Part shown: piece after piece, positions 38,686 to 50,224 of the stretch | Layout: every line of letters begins with the position of its first letter | Numbering within the stretch: position 1 is the stretch's first letter | DNA from: Candidatus Gottesmanbacteria bacterium UBA6580 | GTDB taxonomy: Bacteria; Patescibacteriota; Microgenomatia; UBA10105; UBA927 | NCBI GenBank assembly: GCA_002433895.1 | Contig: DJJA01000003.1 | Span: 288,486-352,485, forward strand | Direction of reading: 5' to 3' | DNA: 64,000 bases | Program-made: the position numbers and the translations under genes | The notes under the pieces: generated by a model | What the model was told of the DNA's origin: nothing | The model's database searches: none | Seen by the model: only the letters and a program-made list of their open reading frames with translations

Positions 38686-39102
38686 TTATATCCACAGAGT
38701 GAGCACTGTGCTCATAGCGAGCATTGATGCCAGTTGATATCCGCTGTTAATTAAGAATAGTTTGACCGGCATTTCGTTAAATAGTACGCCGGTAAACAAT
38801 GCCGTCGCGGTAAACCCAAGCCATCCCAAAAATCCGACCAACAGTCCTTCATTTAAGGTATAAGTCAGCGTGGACGAGATAAATTGTGATAGGACAAATG
38901 CGGTGACGAGTGTGGCAACAAACGATAATCCGTATGTTTTTGGCATGTCTTTTTGCGCGGCTTTCATTTTTTTCGCGTCGAGACGCATCAACTTCATCCA
39001 TGGTTTTCCGAAAAGTACAGGGGAATACCAGATAAATCCGATAACCATACTGGCAAGGGCGGATGAGAGTAGCGCAGGGATATTAACGGGTGTGTAAAAC
39101 AT
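38686..39102 (-). CDS. DUF1761-family membrane protein
   Basis: GFIWYSPVLFGKPWM and FLINSGY. Confidence 0.85.
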   Translation of the reverse strand: MFYTPVNIPALLSSALASMVIGFIWYSPVLFGKPWMKLMRLDAKKMKAAQKDMPKTYGLSFVATLVTAFVLSQFISSTLTYTLNEGLLVGFLGWLGFTATALFTGVLFNEMPVKLFLINSGYQLASMLAMSTVLTLWI

Positions 39103-39176
39103 ATATTATTCCTTTCTTTCAGTATTAAGTATCATATGCCCCGTGATGCAAGTCAATATAGGTTGCTGTTACGTGC

Positions 39177-39204
39177 TTGACAAATAGTTTTTGCGGGTTA
39201 TAAT
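39177..39204 (+). promoter_or_regulatory. rpoB promoter
   Basis: TTGACA-16 bp-TATAAT. Confidence 0.7.
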
Positions 39205-39224
39205 TATGGATACTTGAATAGCCT

Positions 39225-39257
39225 AAGGAGGCGAACGTTCATTGTTCGCTTCTTTTT
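39225..39257 (+). terminator. Terminator-like hairpin in the rpoB leader
   Basis: AAGGAGGCGAAC-GTTCATT-GTTCGCTTCTTTTT. Confidence 0.55.
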
Positions 39258-39305
39258 GTCGTTCTTTACAACATACAAACCGGCAGTATTTATTGTAATC
39301 ACGTA

Positions 39306-42300
39306 ATGGCATCAAAACCTTCAATTTATAAGCGACAATTCTGGGGTACAGAGTACCCAGATTTACCCAAACTCGATCTTACGCTGGTGCAGCGCGAATC
39401 ATATCAATGGTTTTTGGAACATGGGATTAAAGAATTACTTTCCGAAGTGACCCCGATGACGGACTTCACCGGCAAAAATTGGGAACTCGGATTTGGCGAT
39501 TATTATTTCGGGCGCCCGCGGCTTACCCCGGAAATCGCAATGCAAAAAGGCCTCACCTTCGACATGCCTCTGAAAGTAAAAGCAACTCTCACCAACAAGC
39601 AAACCGGACACCAACTCACCCAGGAAGTATTTTTGGGCGATATCCCTGCGATGACCGAACGCGGCACATTTGTGATTAACGGTATCGAACGGTGTGTAGT
39701 AAACCAGCTGGTCCGTTCCCCGGGAATTTATTTGACCGGCGAAGTTGACCCTTCAACCGGACGTACATTATATAGTGCGGAAATCCGCCCGATGCATGGC
39801 AGCTGGCTTGAGTTCTTTATCACGAGAAATGATGTATTGATGGTCAGGATCGACCGCCGCCGCAAATTTGTGGCATCCACATTTCTCCGCGCGGTCGGAT
39901 TTTCTTCCAACGAAGAGATTGAGCGCGTGTTAGCAGATGTGGATATCAATCCCGAACATCAATTTACCAAAGCAACACTCGCCAAAGATCCGACTACGAA
40001 TTCCAACGAAGCCGTGCTTGAGTTGTACCGCAAGCTCCGGCCGGGAGAGCCGATTGTTTTGGATAACGCGCAGGAATTACTCCGCACCATGTTCTTTGAT
40101 TACCGCCGCTACTCATTGGAGCGGGTAGGCCGATACAAGATGAACAAAAAGCTCGGGCTCAATGTCGTCAACGTCAAAGAAAACTGGGTGCTTACCAAAG
40201 AGGACATCATTGGTGGTATTAAATACCTCATTAACCTGACAAACGGCAAAGGCGATGTCGATGATATCGACCACCTTGGTAACCGCCGCGTCCGCCGCGT
40301 AGGCGAGCTGGTCGCGACCAACGCATTCCGCGTCGGCGTGCTCCGCTTGGAGCGCTCTATCCGTGAAAAAATGAGCTTGGCAGGACCAAATGCAGAAGAT
40401 TTGACCCCGACGCATCTGGTGAATGCCCGGCCGATTATTGCTTCAATTAATGACTTTTTCCGCACCAGCCAGCTTTCTACGATATTGGATCAGACCAATC
40501 CGCTTGCGGAAATCGACAACCTCCGCCGTTTGACCGTTATGGGAGTTGGTGGAATTAGCCGGGAGCGCGCGAGTTTCTCTATCCGTGACATCAACGCTTC
40601 ACAATACGGTAGAGTAGACCCGGTCCGTTCACCGGAAGGTCCAAACATCGGTCTTGTAACCTACATGGCGTTGTATTCCCGGGTAAATGAATACGGGTTT
40701 TTGGAAACTCCGTACCGTCGGGTAGAAAAAGTGACCCAGGGCGACAAAGTGAAAGTACGCGCCACCGGAAACATCGAATATCTCGATGCCAACGATGAGA
40801 TGTATCACTACATCACCCACGCGGAATTACCCAAAGACAAAGACGGATTTATCATCGCTGAGCGTGTGCCGGTACGGTACAAAGGCGAATTTATGGAAAC
40901 TGACGCATCCAATATCGAATATATCGATATTGTGCCGAGACAGGTCGTTGGTGCCCCCGCATCACTTATTCCATTTTTGGCACACGATGAGGCAAACCGT
41001 GCATTGATGGGTACGCACATGCAATGTCAGGCAGTGCCGCTCCTTATCCCGCAATCCCCGGTCGTGGGAACAGGTATGGAAGCCGCTGTCGTAGAATCCA
41101 TGGGACGCCTCGTCCGCGCGACGGATGACGGTGAGGTTATTTACGCAGACGCAGGGCTTGTTAAAGTGAAGTATAAAAATGGTGATATCACTTCGTACGA
41201 ACCCCAGAAATTCAAGAGAACCAGCCAGTCCACCTGCTACAACCAAAAAGTACTGGTCGACACCGGCGATAAAATTCAAGCGGGCGATGTGTTAATCGAA
41301 GCTCCCGGATCTGAAAACGGTGAACTCGCATTGGGTTCCAACTTGACGATTGCTTACATGAGTTATGAAGGATTGGGATATGAAGACGCTATCGTGATTT
41401 CTACCCGCCTTGTCCGTGAAGACTTGCTTACCTCTGTGCATATTGAAGAGCATGAGTGCAGCGTGGTCGACACCAAATTGGGGCCGGAAGAAACCACCCG
41501 TGATATTCCCAATGTCGGCGAAGAAGCGCTCCGGAACTTGGATGAGAACGGTATTATCGTGGTTGGTGCAGATGTCGGGCCAAACGACATCCTGGTTGGC
41601 AAAATCGCGCCAAAAGGTGAAACTGAACTCACCGCAGAAGAGCGGTTGCTCCGCGCCATATTCGGAGAAAAGGCTCGCGAAGTCCGCGATACATCTCTGC
41701 GGCTTCCGCACGGAGAGCGCGGCACGGTCACTGATGTCGTTATTCTCGACAAAGAAAAAGGTGATGAGCTCGAGCCAGGCACAAACCGCAAGATTATCGT
41801 CAAAATTGCCCAAATGCGTAAAGTAGTGGTCGGAGACAAACTGGCCGGACGTCATGGAAACAAAGGCGTTATTTCAAAGATCGTTCCAGAAGGCGACATG
41901 CCGTACATGGATGATGGATCGGTCGTTGATATCATTATTTCGCCGCTTTCAGTGCTGTCCCGTATGAACTTGGGACAATTGCTGGAATCACACTTGGGAA
42001 TCGCAATGTCGAAAGTAAACGCAAAAGTAGCACTTCCGGTATTTGAACACGTATCTGAAGACCGCATGACCGCGCAAATGGAGAAGGTTGGATTGTCCTT
42101 GAGTGGCAAAAGTACGCTCTATGACGGAAAGACAGGCGAGCCGTATGCCGAGCCTATCGTTGTCGGAACTGGCTACATCATGAAGCTTATCCACATGGTA
42201 GAAGATAAGACGCATGCACGGTCTACCGGACCCTACTCACTCGTGACACAGCAACCATTGGGCGGAAAAGCGCAAATGGGAGGACAACGGCTTGGAGAAA

Positions 42301-42662
42301 TGGAAGTCTGGGCATTGGAATCCCACCGGGCAGCACATATATTGCAGGAAATGTTAACGATCAAATCAGACGATGTGGTTGGGCGCGCCAAGGCATTCGA
42401 GGCGATCGTCAAAGGCACGGATATCCCTGCCTCTACCGTACCGGAGTCATTCAAAGTATTGGTCAAAGAATTGCAGGCATTGGGGCTTAATGTCATCCCG
42501 ACCGGAGTTGTCACGGCTAAACCCGCGGTAATTTCCGATGCAGCCAAAGAAGAAGTGGTAACGAAAGCTGCCAAGGAGCTTGCTGAAGTAAGTGGTCAGG
42601 AATCAGTTGCTGAAGCGCCGGAAGCACCGGTAGCCGAAGCCGCGCCGGCAGAAGGAGAATAA
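39306..42662 (+). CDS. rpoB: RNA polymerase beta subunit
   Basis: GTFVING.ER, SPEGPNIGL, GDKLAGRHGNKGV, GGQRLGEME. Confidence 0.99.
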   Translation: MASKPSIYKRQFWGTEYPDLPKLDLTLVQRESYQWFLEHGIKELLSEVTPMTDFTGKNWELGFGDYYFGRPRLTPEIAMQKGLTFDMPLKVKATLTNKQTGHQLTQEVFLGDIPAMTERGTFVINGIERCVVNQLVRSPGIYLTGEVDPSTGRTLYSAEIRPMHGSWLEFFITRNDVLMVRIDRRRKFVASTFLRAVGFSSNEEIERVLADVDINPEHQFTKATLAKDPTTNSNEAVLELYRKLRPGEPIVLDNAQELLRTMFFDYRRYSLERVGRYKMNKKLGLNVVNVKENWVLTKEDIIGGIKYLINLTNGKGDVDDIDHLGNRRVRRVGELVATNAFRVGVLRLERSIREKMSLAGPNAEDLTPTHLVNARPIIASINDFFRTSQLSTILDQTNPLAEIDNLRRLTVMGVGGISRERASFSIRDINASQYGRVDPVRSPEGPNIGLVTYMALYSRVNEYGFLETPYRRVEKVTQGDKVKVRATGNIEYLDANDEMYHYITHAELPKDKDGFIIAERVPVRYKGEFMETDASNIEYIDIVPRQVVGAPASLIPFLAHDEANRALMGTHMQCQAVPLLIPQSPVVGTGMEAAVVESMGRLVRATDDGEVIYADAGLVKVKYKNGDITSYEPQKFKRTSQSTCYNQKVLVDTGDKIQAGDVLIEAPGSENGELALGSNLTIAYMSYEGLGYEDAIVISTRLVREDLLTSVHIEEHECSVVDTKLGPEETTRDIPNVGEEALRNLDENGIIVVGADVGPNDILVGKIAPKGETELTAEERLLRAIFGEKAREVRDTSLRLPHGERGTVTDVVILDKEKGDELEPGTNRKIIVKIAQMRKVVVGDKLAGRHGNKGVISKIVPEGDMPYMDDGSVVDIIISPLSVLSRMNLGQLLESHLGIAMSKVNAKVALPVFEHVSEDRMTAQMEKVGLSLSGKSTLYDGKTGEPYAEPIVVGTGYIMKLIHMVEDKTHARSTGPYSLVTQQPLGGKAQMGGQRLGEMEVWALESHRAAHILQEMLTIKSDDVVGRAKAFEAIVKGTDIPASTVPESFKVLVKELQALGLNVIPTGVVTAKPAVISDAAKEEVVTKAAKELAEVSGQESVAEAPEAPVAEAAPAEGE

Positions 42663-42665
42663 GCT

Positions 42666-45600
42666 ATGGACAAAAAAGGGAATTTTTCCAACATTATTGA
42701 TTTTACCGGGCTTTTGATTAAGCTTGCTTCTCCTGACGAAGTGAAGGCGTGGAGCTACGGCGAAGTTATCAAGCCGGAAACGATCAACTACCGCACACTG
42801 AAGCCGGAAAAGGATGGATTATTTGATGAGCGCATATTCGGTCCCACCAAGGACTGGGAATGTTACTGCGGCAAATACAAGAGGATCCGGTACCGTGGCA
42901 TCGTCTGCGATAAATGCGGAGTCGAAGTTACCCAGAGCAAAGTGCGCCGCGAGCGGATGGGTCATATTACCCTTGCAACGTCTGTGGCACACGTGTGGTT
43001 TTTTAAAGGCGCTCCGAGCAAGCTTTCCTTGCTTCTGGATATTTCACCCAGAGCGCTTGAAGGCGTTATCTATTTTGCACAATACCTCGTTATCAATGTT
43101 GACGACGATGAAAAGAAAAAAGTATTGGCAGGTTTGGTCGAACAGGGTGAAAAGCGTATTGCCGAATTGACCGCGCGGGTAGATATCGAACGGGAAAAGC
43201 GCAAAAAAGAAATCGCCAAAGAAAAATCAGATGTCGCCTCCAATGTTAAGGGCAAAGAATCGCAGGATCTCGCGATTTCTGAGCTGACGCTCCGTGAGCG
43301 CCAGGAGCTTGCGACGCTTGACGACCAGGTTGCCAAAGAATCAGAAAAAATCCAACAGGTTATCGAACAGATCACCGCGATTGTTAAAAGTATCAAGCCG
43401 CGCGTGACGATCACTGAAGATGAGTATCTCCGCCTGCTTGACTACGATGCATCGTCCTTTTTGAAAGTCGGCATGGGTGCCGAAGCAGTGCTCGAAGTAG
43501 TCAAAAAGATTGATCTTGATAAACTTGCCGCAGAACTCCGTGAAGAAATTCAAAATTCTTCAGGTCAGCGCCATGTGAAGGCTACCAAGCGCCTCCGTGT
43601 CGTCGACGGTTTGCGGAAATCAAAAATAAATCCGGCGTGGATGGTGATGCACACGTTGCCGGTTATTCCGCCAGATCTTCGGCCTATGGTGCAGTTAACC
43701 GGAGGGCGTTTCGCCACCTCCGACTTAAACGACTTGTACCGCCGCGTTATCAACCGCAACAACCGTCTGAAGCACCTTATGGATCTTGGGGCTCCCGAAA
43801 TTATCCTGCGCAACGAAAAACGCATGTTGCAGGAAGCGGTTGACAGTCTTATCGATGCGACCCAACGCCCGTCTTCACGGACGGTTATCCAGCCTCTCCG
43901 GTCATTGTCAGACATGTTGCGCGGTAAGCAGGGACGGTTCCGCCAGAACTTGCTTGGAAAACGCGTTGACTATTCAGGCCGTTCTGTCATCGTCGTAGGT
44001 CCGGAACTGAAGCTCAACCAGTGCGGACTTCCGAAAGAAATGGCACTCGAGATGTTCAAGCCGTTCGTGCTCCGTGAGCTTATCGTCCGCGGTATTGCCC
44101 CGAACGTGAAGAATGCCAAAAATGTATTGGAGCGCCGGACACCGGAAGTGTACGACATCCTCGAAGAGATTACGAAGAACCATCCGGTCATGTTAAACCG
44201 CGCGCCTACCTTGCATAAGCTCGGGTTCCAGGCATTTTACCCAGTACTTATCGAAGGAGCTGCTATCCGCATCCACCCGTGTGTGTGTGCAGGTTACAAT
44301 GCAGACTTTGACGGAGACCAAATGGCCGTACACATCCCGCTTTCCGGGGCGTCACAAAAAGAAGCCATCGATCTCATGTTGCCGACCCACAACTTGTTGA
44401 AGCCCGCTGACGGATCACCCATCACCGTGCCGAACAAAGAAATGGTTATCGGATGCTACTACTTAACGACTGTTGATCCCGCTAAAGCAGGGCAGGATGA
44501 GAAGTCACTCCGTATTTTTGCAGACGGACAGGAAGCGATTTATGCCCTCCAGGCACACAAAGTCGCGCTCCGTGAGCCCGTCCGGATAATGATAAACGGT
44601 GCGTTAGTAACGACGACGGTCGGTACCTACATGTTTAACGAAGTGTTACCAGAAGGGCTCCGCTATATCAATGCACCGGTTAAAGCCGCAACGATTAAGC
44701 AGCTTATCACCAAGGCATTTGGTATGTATTCCAAAGAAGAAGTAACGAAGCTTATAGACGCTATCAAAGACATCGGTTTCTACGGAGCGACCCTCTGCGG
44801 AGGATTATCCGTATCAGTATTTGATAATAAATCTATTGCCGAAAAGAACACGATCATCGCCGAGTCTGACACGAAGGTAAAAGAAATCGATCAGAATTTC
44901 CAGATGGGATTAATCACCCTTGAGGAAAAGAAGCGGCTTTCCAACGAAGTATGGATCGAAGTTACCGAGCGTATCGCCGACCTTACATGGGAGCGGTTAA
45001 CGAGTGACAATCCGGTCAAGATGATTATCGACTCAGGAGGAGCCCGGGCTTCCAAAGACCAACTGAAACAGCTCTGTGCTATCAAAGGTTTGGTGGTTGA
45101 TCCGCTTGGAAAAATCGTGGAACTACCCACCAAGAGTAACTACCGCGAAGGACTGAATATTTTCGAATACGTTACTTCTACCCGTGGATCACGGAAAGGT
45201 TTGACCGACTCGGCACTTAAGACCGCCGATGCCGGATACCTTACCCGCCGCTTGGTCGATGTCGCGCATGACGTCATTATCAGATTGAATGACTGCGGAA
45301 CAACCGAAGGATGGACGCTATCCCGCAAAGATGGCCGCCAGGCACCGTTTGCTAACCGTATTGCCGGCCGCTACGCCGCAGAAGATGTCACAGCACCAGG
45401 AAGCAAGAAAGTTCTCGTGAAGCAAGGCGACGAGATTACTGAAGAACTCGCCCGCGAAGTAGACGCAGCAGGTGTTGAGTCAGTAGTACTGCGCTCACCG
45501 ATTGCTTGTGAGGCAAAGATTGGTATTTGTGCCACGTGCTATGGCCGCGATTACGCGACCACCAAGCCGGTAGAATTAGGCACCCCAGTCGGTGTTATGG

Positions 45601-46388
45601 CCGCGCAATCTATCGGAGAGCCGGGTACGCAGCTTACCATGCGTGTGCGTCACGCGGGAGGTATCGTCGGACTCGACGTGACTCAGGGATTGCCGCGTGT
45701 GGAAGAGTTGTTTGAAGCAAGAACACCGAGAAATCTCTCACCGGTATCTGAGATTGCAGGGAAAGCAGAGGTAACCGAAACCCCGCAAGGGTACAAAGTT
45801 GTGGTGACGAACAACACCATGAAACCGCCTGAAGAGCGTGAATATCTCGTGCCGTTGACCAGTGAAATCAACATAAAGACCGGTGATTTGATTGCCGCAG
45901 GCGACCAGCTTGGCAGCGGATATCTCGATATCAAAGAAGTACTGCAGGTACGCGGACTGTCCGGCGCCCAGCATTACCTTATTGATGAAATCCAGAAGGT
46001 ATACGAATCACAGGGTATTTCTATCCATGACAAACATTTTGAGGCTATTGTCCGCAAGATGAGTGATAAAGTGCGTATCGATACGTCAGGAGATACCATG
46101 TTATTGCCGGGAGAATTGGTCGATAAAAACCGCTTCCGCGAAGAGAATGCACGGGTGTTGGCCGAAGGTGGCGAACCGTCTACCGCACGCATTGTCATGT
46201 TGGGTATTACCCGCGCAGCGCTTTATACCGAAAGCTGGTTATCCGCTGCAAGTTTCCAGGAAACGACCAACGTATTGACCGATGCAGCGCTTGCTACCAA
46301 GGAAGACAAGTTGTTAGGACTCAAAGAAAACGTTATAATCGGACGACTTATCCCGGTTTCGGCAGAACGGGCCGCGATACAGGAGTAA
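42666..46388 (+). CDS. rpoC: RNA polymerase beta' subunit
   Basis: [28 protein letters not shown]. Confidence 0.99.
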   Translation: MDKKGNFSNIIDFTGLLIKLASPDEVKAWSYGEVIKPETINYRTLKPEKDGLFDERIFGPTKDWECYCGKYKRIRYRGIVCDKCGVEVTQSKVRRERMGHITLATSVAHVWFFKGAPSKLSLLLDISPRALEGVIYFAQYLVINVDDDEKKKVLAGLVEQGEKRIAELTARVDIEREKRKKEIAKEKSDVASNVKGKESQDLAISELTLRERQELATLDDQVAKESEKIQQVIEQITAIVKSIKPRVTITEDEYLRLLDYDASSFLKVGMGAEAVLEVVKKIDLDKLAAELREEIQNSSGQRHVKATKRLRVVDGLRKSKINPAWMVMHTLPVIPPDLRPMVQLTGGRFATSDLNDLYRRVINRNNRLKHLMDLGAPEIILRNEKRMLQEAVDSLIDATQRPSSRTVIQPLRSLSDMLRGKQGRFRQNLLGKRVDYSGRSVIVVGPELKLNQCGLPKEMALEMFKPFVLRELIVRGIAPNVKNAKNVLERRTPEVYDILEEITKNHPVMLNRAPTLHKLGFQAFYPVLIEGAAIRIHPCVCAGYNADFDGDQMAVHIPLSGASQKEAIDLMLPTHNLLKPADGSPITVPNKEMVIGCYYLTTVDPAKAGQDEKSLRIFADGQEAIYALQAHKVALREPVRIMINGALVTTTVGTYMFNEVLPEGLRYINAPVKAATIKQLITKAFGMYSKEEVTKLIDAIKDIGFYGATLCGGLSVSVFDNKSIAEKNTIIAESDTKVKEIDQNFQMGLITLEEKKRLSNEVWIEVTERIADLTWERLTSDNPVKMIIDSGGARASKDQLKQLCAIKGLVVDPLGKIVELPTKSNYREGLNIFEYVTSTRGSRKGLTDSALKTADAGYLTRRLVDVAHDVIIRLNDCGTTEGWTLSRKDGRQAPFANRIAGRYAAEDVTAPGSKKVLVKQGDEITEELAREVDAAGVESVVLRSPIACEAKIGICATCYGRDYATTKPVELGTPVGVMAAQSIGEPGTQLTMRVRHAGGIVGLDVTQGLPRVEELFEARTPRNLSPVSEIAGKAEVTETPQGYKVVVTNNTMKPPEEREYLVPLTSEINIKTGDLIAAGDQLGSGYLDIKEVLQVRGLSGAQHYLIDEIQKVYESQGISIHDKHFEAIVRKMSDKVRIDTSGDTMLLPGELVDKNRFREENARVLAEGGEPSTARIVMLGITRAALYTESWLSAASFQETTNVLTDAALATKEDKLLGLKENVIIGRLIPVSAERAAIQE

Positions 46389-46392
46389 TAGT

Positions 46393-46827
46393 ATGCCAAC
46401 AGTAAATCAATTAGTCAGACACGGACGTCATCACAAAGCCAAGAAAATCAAGGCGACGGCGCTCCGTAAATTTTTAAACAACAAAGAGGGTGTCACCAAA
46501 TCGATACCTGCTCCGTTTAAACGGGGAGTGGTGGTGTTGGTAAAAACCATGACACCGAAAAAGCCGAACTCAGCACTCCGGAAAGTGGCTCGTGTACGGC
46601 TTTCGAACAAGCAAGAGGTGACCGCGTATATTCCCGGTATCGGACATGAACTTACGGAACATGCCATCGTGTTGATCCGCGGAGGCCGCGTGCCTGATTT
46701 GCCAGGAGTAAAATACCATATTGTCCGCGGTAAGTATGATACGACCGGCGTTGTATCACGGCGTCAAGGCCGCAGCCGCTATGGCACAAAGACACAGAGT
46801 GGTCCTGCTACCGCAGCAGCATCATAA
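46393..46827 (+). CDS. rpsL: 30S ribosomal protein S12
   Basis: [17 protein letters not shown] and [10 protein letters not shown]. Confidence 0.98.
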   Translation: MPTVNQLVRHGRHHKAKKIKATALRKFLNNKEGVTKSIPAPFKRGVVVLVKTMTPKKPNSALRKVARVRLSNKQEVTAYIPGIGHELTEHAIVLIRGGRVPDLPGVKYHIVRGKYDTTGVVSRRQGRSRYGTKTQSGPATAAAS

Positions 46828-46836
46828 TAAATACCT

Positions 46837-47310
46837 ATGAGAATTAGCAAAACATATCATAAACTACTTCCGGCAGACCCGGTGTACGGAAACCGTCTCG
46901 TTTCACGGTTTATCAACCGTGTGATGTTAAGCGGCAAAAAGACCGTAGCGCAGCAATTGGTCTATAAAGCGCTCGATATCATCAAAGAAAAAGGTGAGGA
47001 TCCGATCAAAGTATTTGAAACCGCGATAAACAACGTCGGTCCCAAGACGGAAGTAAAAGCGCGCCGCGTCGGAGGAGCCAGTTACCAGGTTCCTATGGAA
47101 GTCCGCGGTGATCGGAGAGTAGCACTCGCCATCCGCTGGATTGTCGAATTTGCCAAGAAACGGTCAAACCGTGAGTTCCACTCATACGCCGAAAAACTCG
47201 CCGTAGAACTTTTGGACGCATCCAAAAATGTCGGTGAGGCTATCAAAAAGCGAGATACGGTACACCGTATGGCTGATGCAAATAAAGCATTTGCCCACTT
47301 TAAGTGGTAA
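46837..47310 (+). CDS. rpsG: 30S ribosomal protein S7
   Basis: RRVGGASYQVP and MADANKAFAHF. Confidence 0.98.
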   Translation: MRISKTYHKLLPADPVYGNRLVSRFINRVMLSGKKTVAQQLVYKALDIIKEKGEDPIKVFETAINNVGPKTEVKARRVGGASYQVPMEVRGDRRVALAIRWIVEFAKKRSNREFHSYAEKLAVELLDASKNVGEAIKKRDTVHRMADANKAFAHFKW

Positions 47311-47328
47311 ATTGCGCACGAGTACTTC

Positions 47329-47805
47329 ATGCCGGTCGAACTTGTTACCATCGAAAGAATTCCTACGATCTGGGGTGAAACTGATCCGGTACAGCGTTTT
47401 ATTTCCCGTGATTTGCAAAGTTCCTTTGATGTGCGGATGCTACGGATTGATCAGCGTATCCGGGTCGGCATACCGCTCCGGCCTAGCCGGCGGACACCAC
47501 CGGTATTTGCCGAGTGCCGTAACGACCAAGAGTTTCCGAAACTTATGAACGCCGCCGCGCCATGGTACCGCCGAGCGTGGGCTATGGGCGTGTTACACAT
47601 TGACCGCGACAGGTTGCGCACCGCAGAGTTTTGGTTTCCCGCGGGAGCTGACCGGCGTGTAGCAGACTACGTACATATGGTCTATGAACGGATATCCGCA
47701 AACGTGGTCATACCCCCGCATCACCAGATCATGGTGAACCGCAGATTACAATTTGGGTTTGTACCCGCGCAGGGGAAACTTGAACAGTATTATCCGGCAG
47801 ATTAA
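47329..47805 (+). CDS. Hypothetical protein
   Basis: 158-aa ORF directly after rpsG; no recognisable motif. Confidence 0.5.
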   Translation: MPVELVTIERIPTIWGETDPVQRFISRDLQSSFDVRMLRIDQRIRVGIPLRPSRRTPPVFAECRNDQEFPKLMNAAAPWYRRAWAMGVLHIDRDRLRTAEFWFPAGADRRVADYVHMVYERISANVVIPPHHQIMVNRRLQFGFVPAQGKLEQYYPAD

Positions 47806-47809
47806 TGTT

Positions 47810-48418
47810 ATGAAACGGTTATCCCTTATCAGGCAACAGCTACTCGCTTCAGACCCTTCGCTTGCTGCCATCATATCCCATATAGAAACCGTATCGCTTC
47901 CTGTTTCCAAAGATCCGTTTTCGGACTTAGTGGAGGCGATTATCAACCAGCAGTTGTCCGAGAAAGCAGGCAGAACAATTTTTACGAGGTTCCGTGCGTC
48001 GTTTCCGGGTGCTAAGCTCACACCGCGGCGCATACTCGCGCGTTCTGATCAGTCATTGCGGGATGTGGGTATATCGTGGTCGAAAGTAACATACATTAAA
48101 TCACTTGCAGAGGAGGTTGAGAAAAAGCGCCTGAGGCTTGCTGATTTGGGTGCGTTGGATGATGAAGCGGTTATAACGGCGCTCACGAAAGTAAAAGGGA
48201 TAGGGAGATGGACCGCGGAAATGTTTCTGATGTTTTCGCTAGGACGCGAAGATGTGTTTTCGTACGGAGATTTGGGGTTGCGGCGCGCGATGGCAAAACT
48301 GTATAAATTCCGTGATTATCCGAGTACCAAACAGATGGAAAAGATTGTAACGAAATGGCGTCCGTACCGCACGATTGTCGCGCGGATGCTGTGGGCGTCG
48401 CTGGACGCTCCGGAATAA
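47810..48418 (+). CDS. DNA-3-methyladenine glycosylase (AlkA/HhH-GPD family)
   Basis: IINQQLS, VKGIGRWTAEMFLMF, DLGLR, WRPYR. Confidence 0.92.
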   Translation: MKRLSLIRQQLLASDPSLAAIISHIETVSLPVSKDPFSDLVEAIINQQLSEKAGRTIFTRFRASFPGAKLTPRRILARSDQSLRDVGISWSKVTYIKSLAEEVEKKRLRLADLGALDDEAVITALTKVKGIGRWTAEMFLMFSLGREDVFSYGDLGLRRAMAKLYKFRDYPSTKQMEKIVTKWRPYRTIVARMLWASLDAPE

Positions 48419-48471
48419 TCTGTTACGTCGTACCGTTTCATTTGCGGGTGAAAACACGTTACTATAGATGT

Positions 48472-49686
48472 ATGAAGGCGAGAGTAGTATTTCTTCTCGT
48501 TGTTATTTTTGCTTTGACGTATGGCGGATGGTTTATGTACCGGAATTTCCGGGGATCAGGTCCCGCGTTTGGACCGATACCGTCTATCACAAGTAATCCT
48601 CCCACACAAACTACCGGAGCCATAGCTGCCACGAACACCACGGGCTTACCTCTTACGCTACCGGAGCGGATCTCTATCGGAACGTTTGCAAAAAATTTAG
48701 GTAATCCGCGGGTGCTCATCTTTGATCCCGAAGGGACGCTACTTGTCAGCATCCCGTCACAGAGCAAGGTAGTGGCGCTGCCTGATCGCAACGTTGATGG
48801 CACTGCCGACGAGATGATTACGGTTGTTGAAGGATTACATTTGCCGCACGGGTTGGCATTCCGGGATGGGAACATATATATCGCCGAAACAAATCAGGTA
48901 GCCATGTATGACTACAACGCGAAAACAAAAAAAGCGGGGAACAAGAAAAAGTTATTTGATCTGCCTGGAGGAAGCAACCATTTCTCCCGCACGATCGGAT
49001 TTGGTCCGGACGGCAAGTTATATACGTCAATCGGATCAAGCTGTAACGCGTGTCACGAGAAAGACGCGAGACGTGCCAAGATTTTTATATCAAACGCGGA
49101 TGGCACCGGCTTCCGGGAGTTCGCTTCAGGGCTACGGAATAGTGTATTTTTTGTCTGGCATCCAGTGACGCGGCAGATGTGGGCGACCGATATGGGCAGG
49201 GATTTGCTGGGTGATGATGTGCCGCCCGATGAAGTAAATATTGTACAAAACGGAAGATTTTACGGTTGGCCATATTGCTACGGCAACCGTGTGCATGACC
49301 GCACGTTTGATAGTACTGATGACGCGAAACGGAAATGTGAAGGGAGTGAGCCGCCCCACATCGCTTTTCAGGCGCACTCAGCACCACTAGGACTTACATT
49401 TATCCCTGATAGCTGGCCGGAGGAGTATCGTGGCGACTTACTCGTTTCCTACCATGGTTCATGGAACAGAAGCGTTCCGACAGGTTATAAGATAGTGAGA
49501 TTTGACCTGAATTCGCAGTTAGCTGCCACACGGGAGATTGATTTTATCTCGGGCTTTCTACAGACTTCGCCAGCCGGCGAAGGCGCGTTTGGGCGGCCGG
49601 TAGACTTGTTGTTTGATACCAAAGGAACATTGTTTGTGTCTGATGATAAAGCGGGTGTCATATACCAGGTGACGGCCGCCCAATAA
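48472..49686 (+). CDS. PQQ-dependent sugar/sorbosone dehydrogenase family protein
   Basis: SIGSSCN, GLRNS, PPDEVN, YGWPYC, AHSAPLG, HGSWNR. Confidence 0.9.
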   Translation: MKARVVFLLVVIFALTYGGWFMYRNFRGSGPAFGPIPSITSNPPTQTTGAIAATNTTGLPLTLPERISIGTFAKNLGNPRVLIFDPEGTLLVSIPSQSKVVALPDRNVDGTADEMITVVEGLHLPHGLAFRDGNIYIAETNQVAMYDYNAKTKKAGNKKKLFDLPGGSNHFSRTIGFGPDGKLYTSIGSSCNACHEKDARRAKIFISNADGTGFREFASGLRNSVFFVWHPVTRQMWATDMGRDLLGDDVPPDEVNIVQNGRFYGWPYCYGNRVHDRTFDSTDDAKRKCEGSEPPHIAFQAHSAPLGLTFIPDSWPEEYRGDLLVSYHGSWNRSVPTGYKIVRFDLNSQLAATREIDFISGFLQTSPAGEGAFGRPVDLLFDTKGTLFVSDDKAGVIYQVTAAQ

Positions 49687-49703
49687 TAGGTACTCCGGAT
49701 TAT

Positions 49704-49732
49704 TTGACACCGTTTTTTGATGGGACTATACT
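49704..49732 (+). promoter_or_regulatory. Sigma70 promoter, probably leaderless
   Basis: TTGACA-17 bp-TATACT, with ATG 8 nt downstream. Confidence 0.65.
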
Positions 49733-49740
49733 CACCCCGC

Positions 49741-50217
49741 ATGATCGAAGTAGTAGATTTCCGCAATCCATTTGATACACACGAATTATGCATCAAGCCT
49801 TATCTCGATGCAGTGACCAGATTGGGAAGTTTGCGTGACACCATCAGAAAGTTCCGTGCATTTGACCGCGAACAGGTTGCGCCCCGGGTACGCCCTGAAA
49901 AACAGCGGCTTCATCGTTTCGCAACACATCCGCTTATTCTTTGGACACTCGGTATTCATCAGGTAGGAGCCAAGCGCCTGGGCAAGGAAGAAGCGACTTA
50001 TGATCAGGTGGTCGCGTTTCATACCACATTAAAGCGTGCGACGCGTAGGTTGCCCCGGGGTATGGGGGAGTTGGTTCACGCGTTTGATCACGAAGGCTCG
50101 TGTGAAGGTGTGTGGGGTCAGGATTATGAGCAGGAAACATATAAAGGACCTGATGGGGAGTGGCACTTAGGTATACGCCACGACACGATAAAGGGTCCGC
50201 TTTCAAGTTGTGAATGA
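49741..50217 (+). CDS. Hypothetical protein
   Basis: ORF directly behind a consensus promoter. Confidence 0.55.
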   Translation: MIEVVDFRNPFDTHELCIKPYLDAVTRLGSLRDTIRKFRAFDREQVAPRVRPEKQRLHRFATHPLILWTLGIHQVGAKRLGKEEATYDQVVAFHTTLKRATRRLPRGMGELVHAFDHEGSCEGVWGQDYEQETYKGPDGEWHLGIRHDTIKGPLSSCE

Positions 50218-50224
50218 GGTCGCG

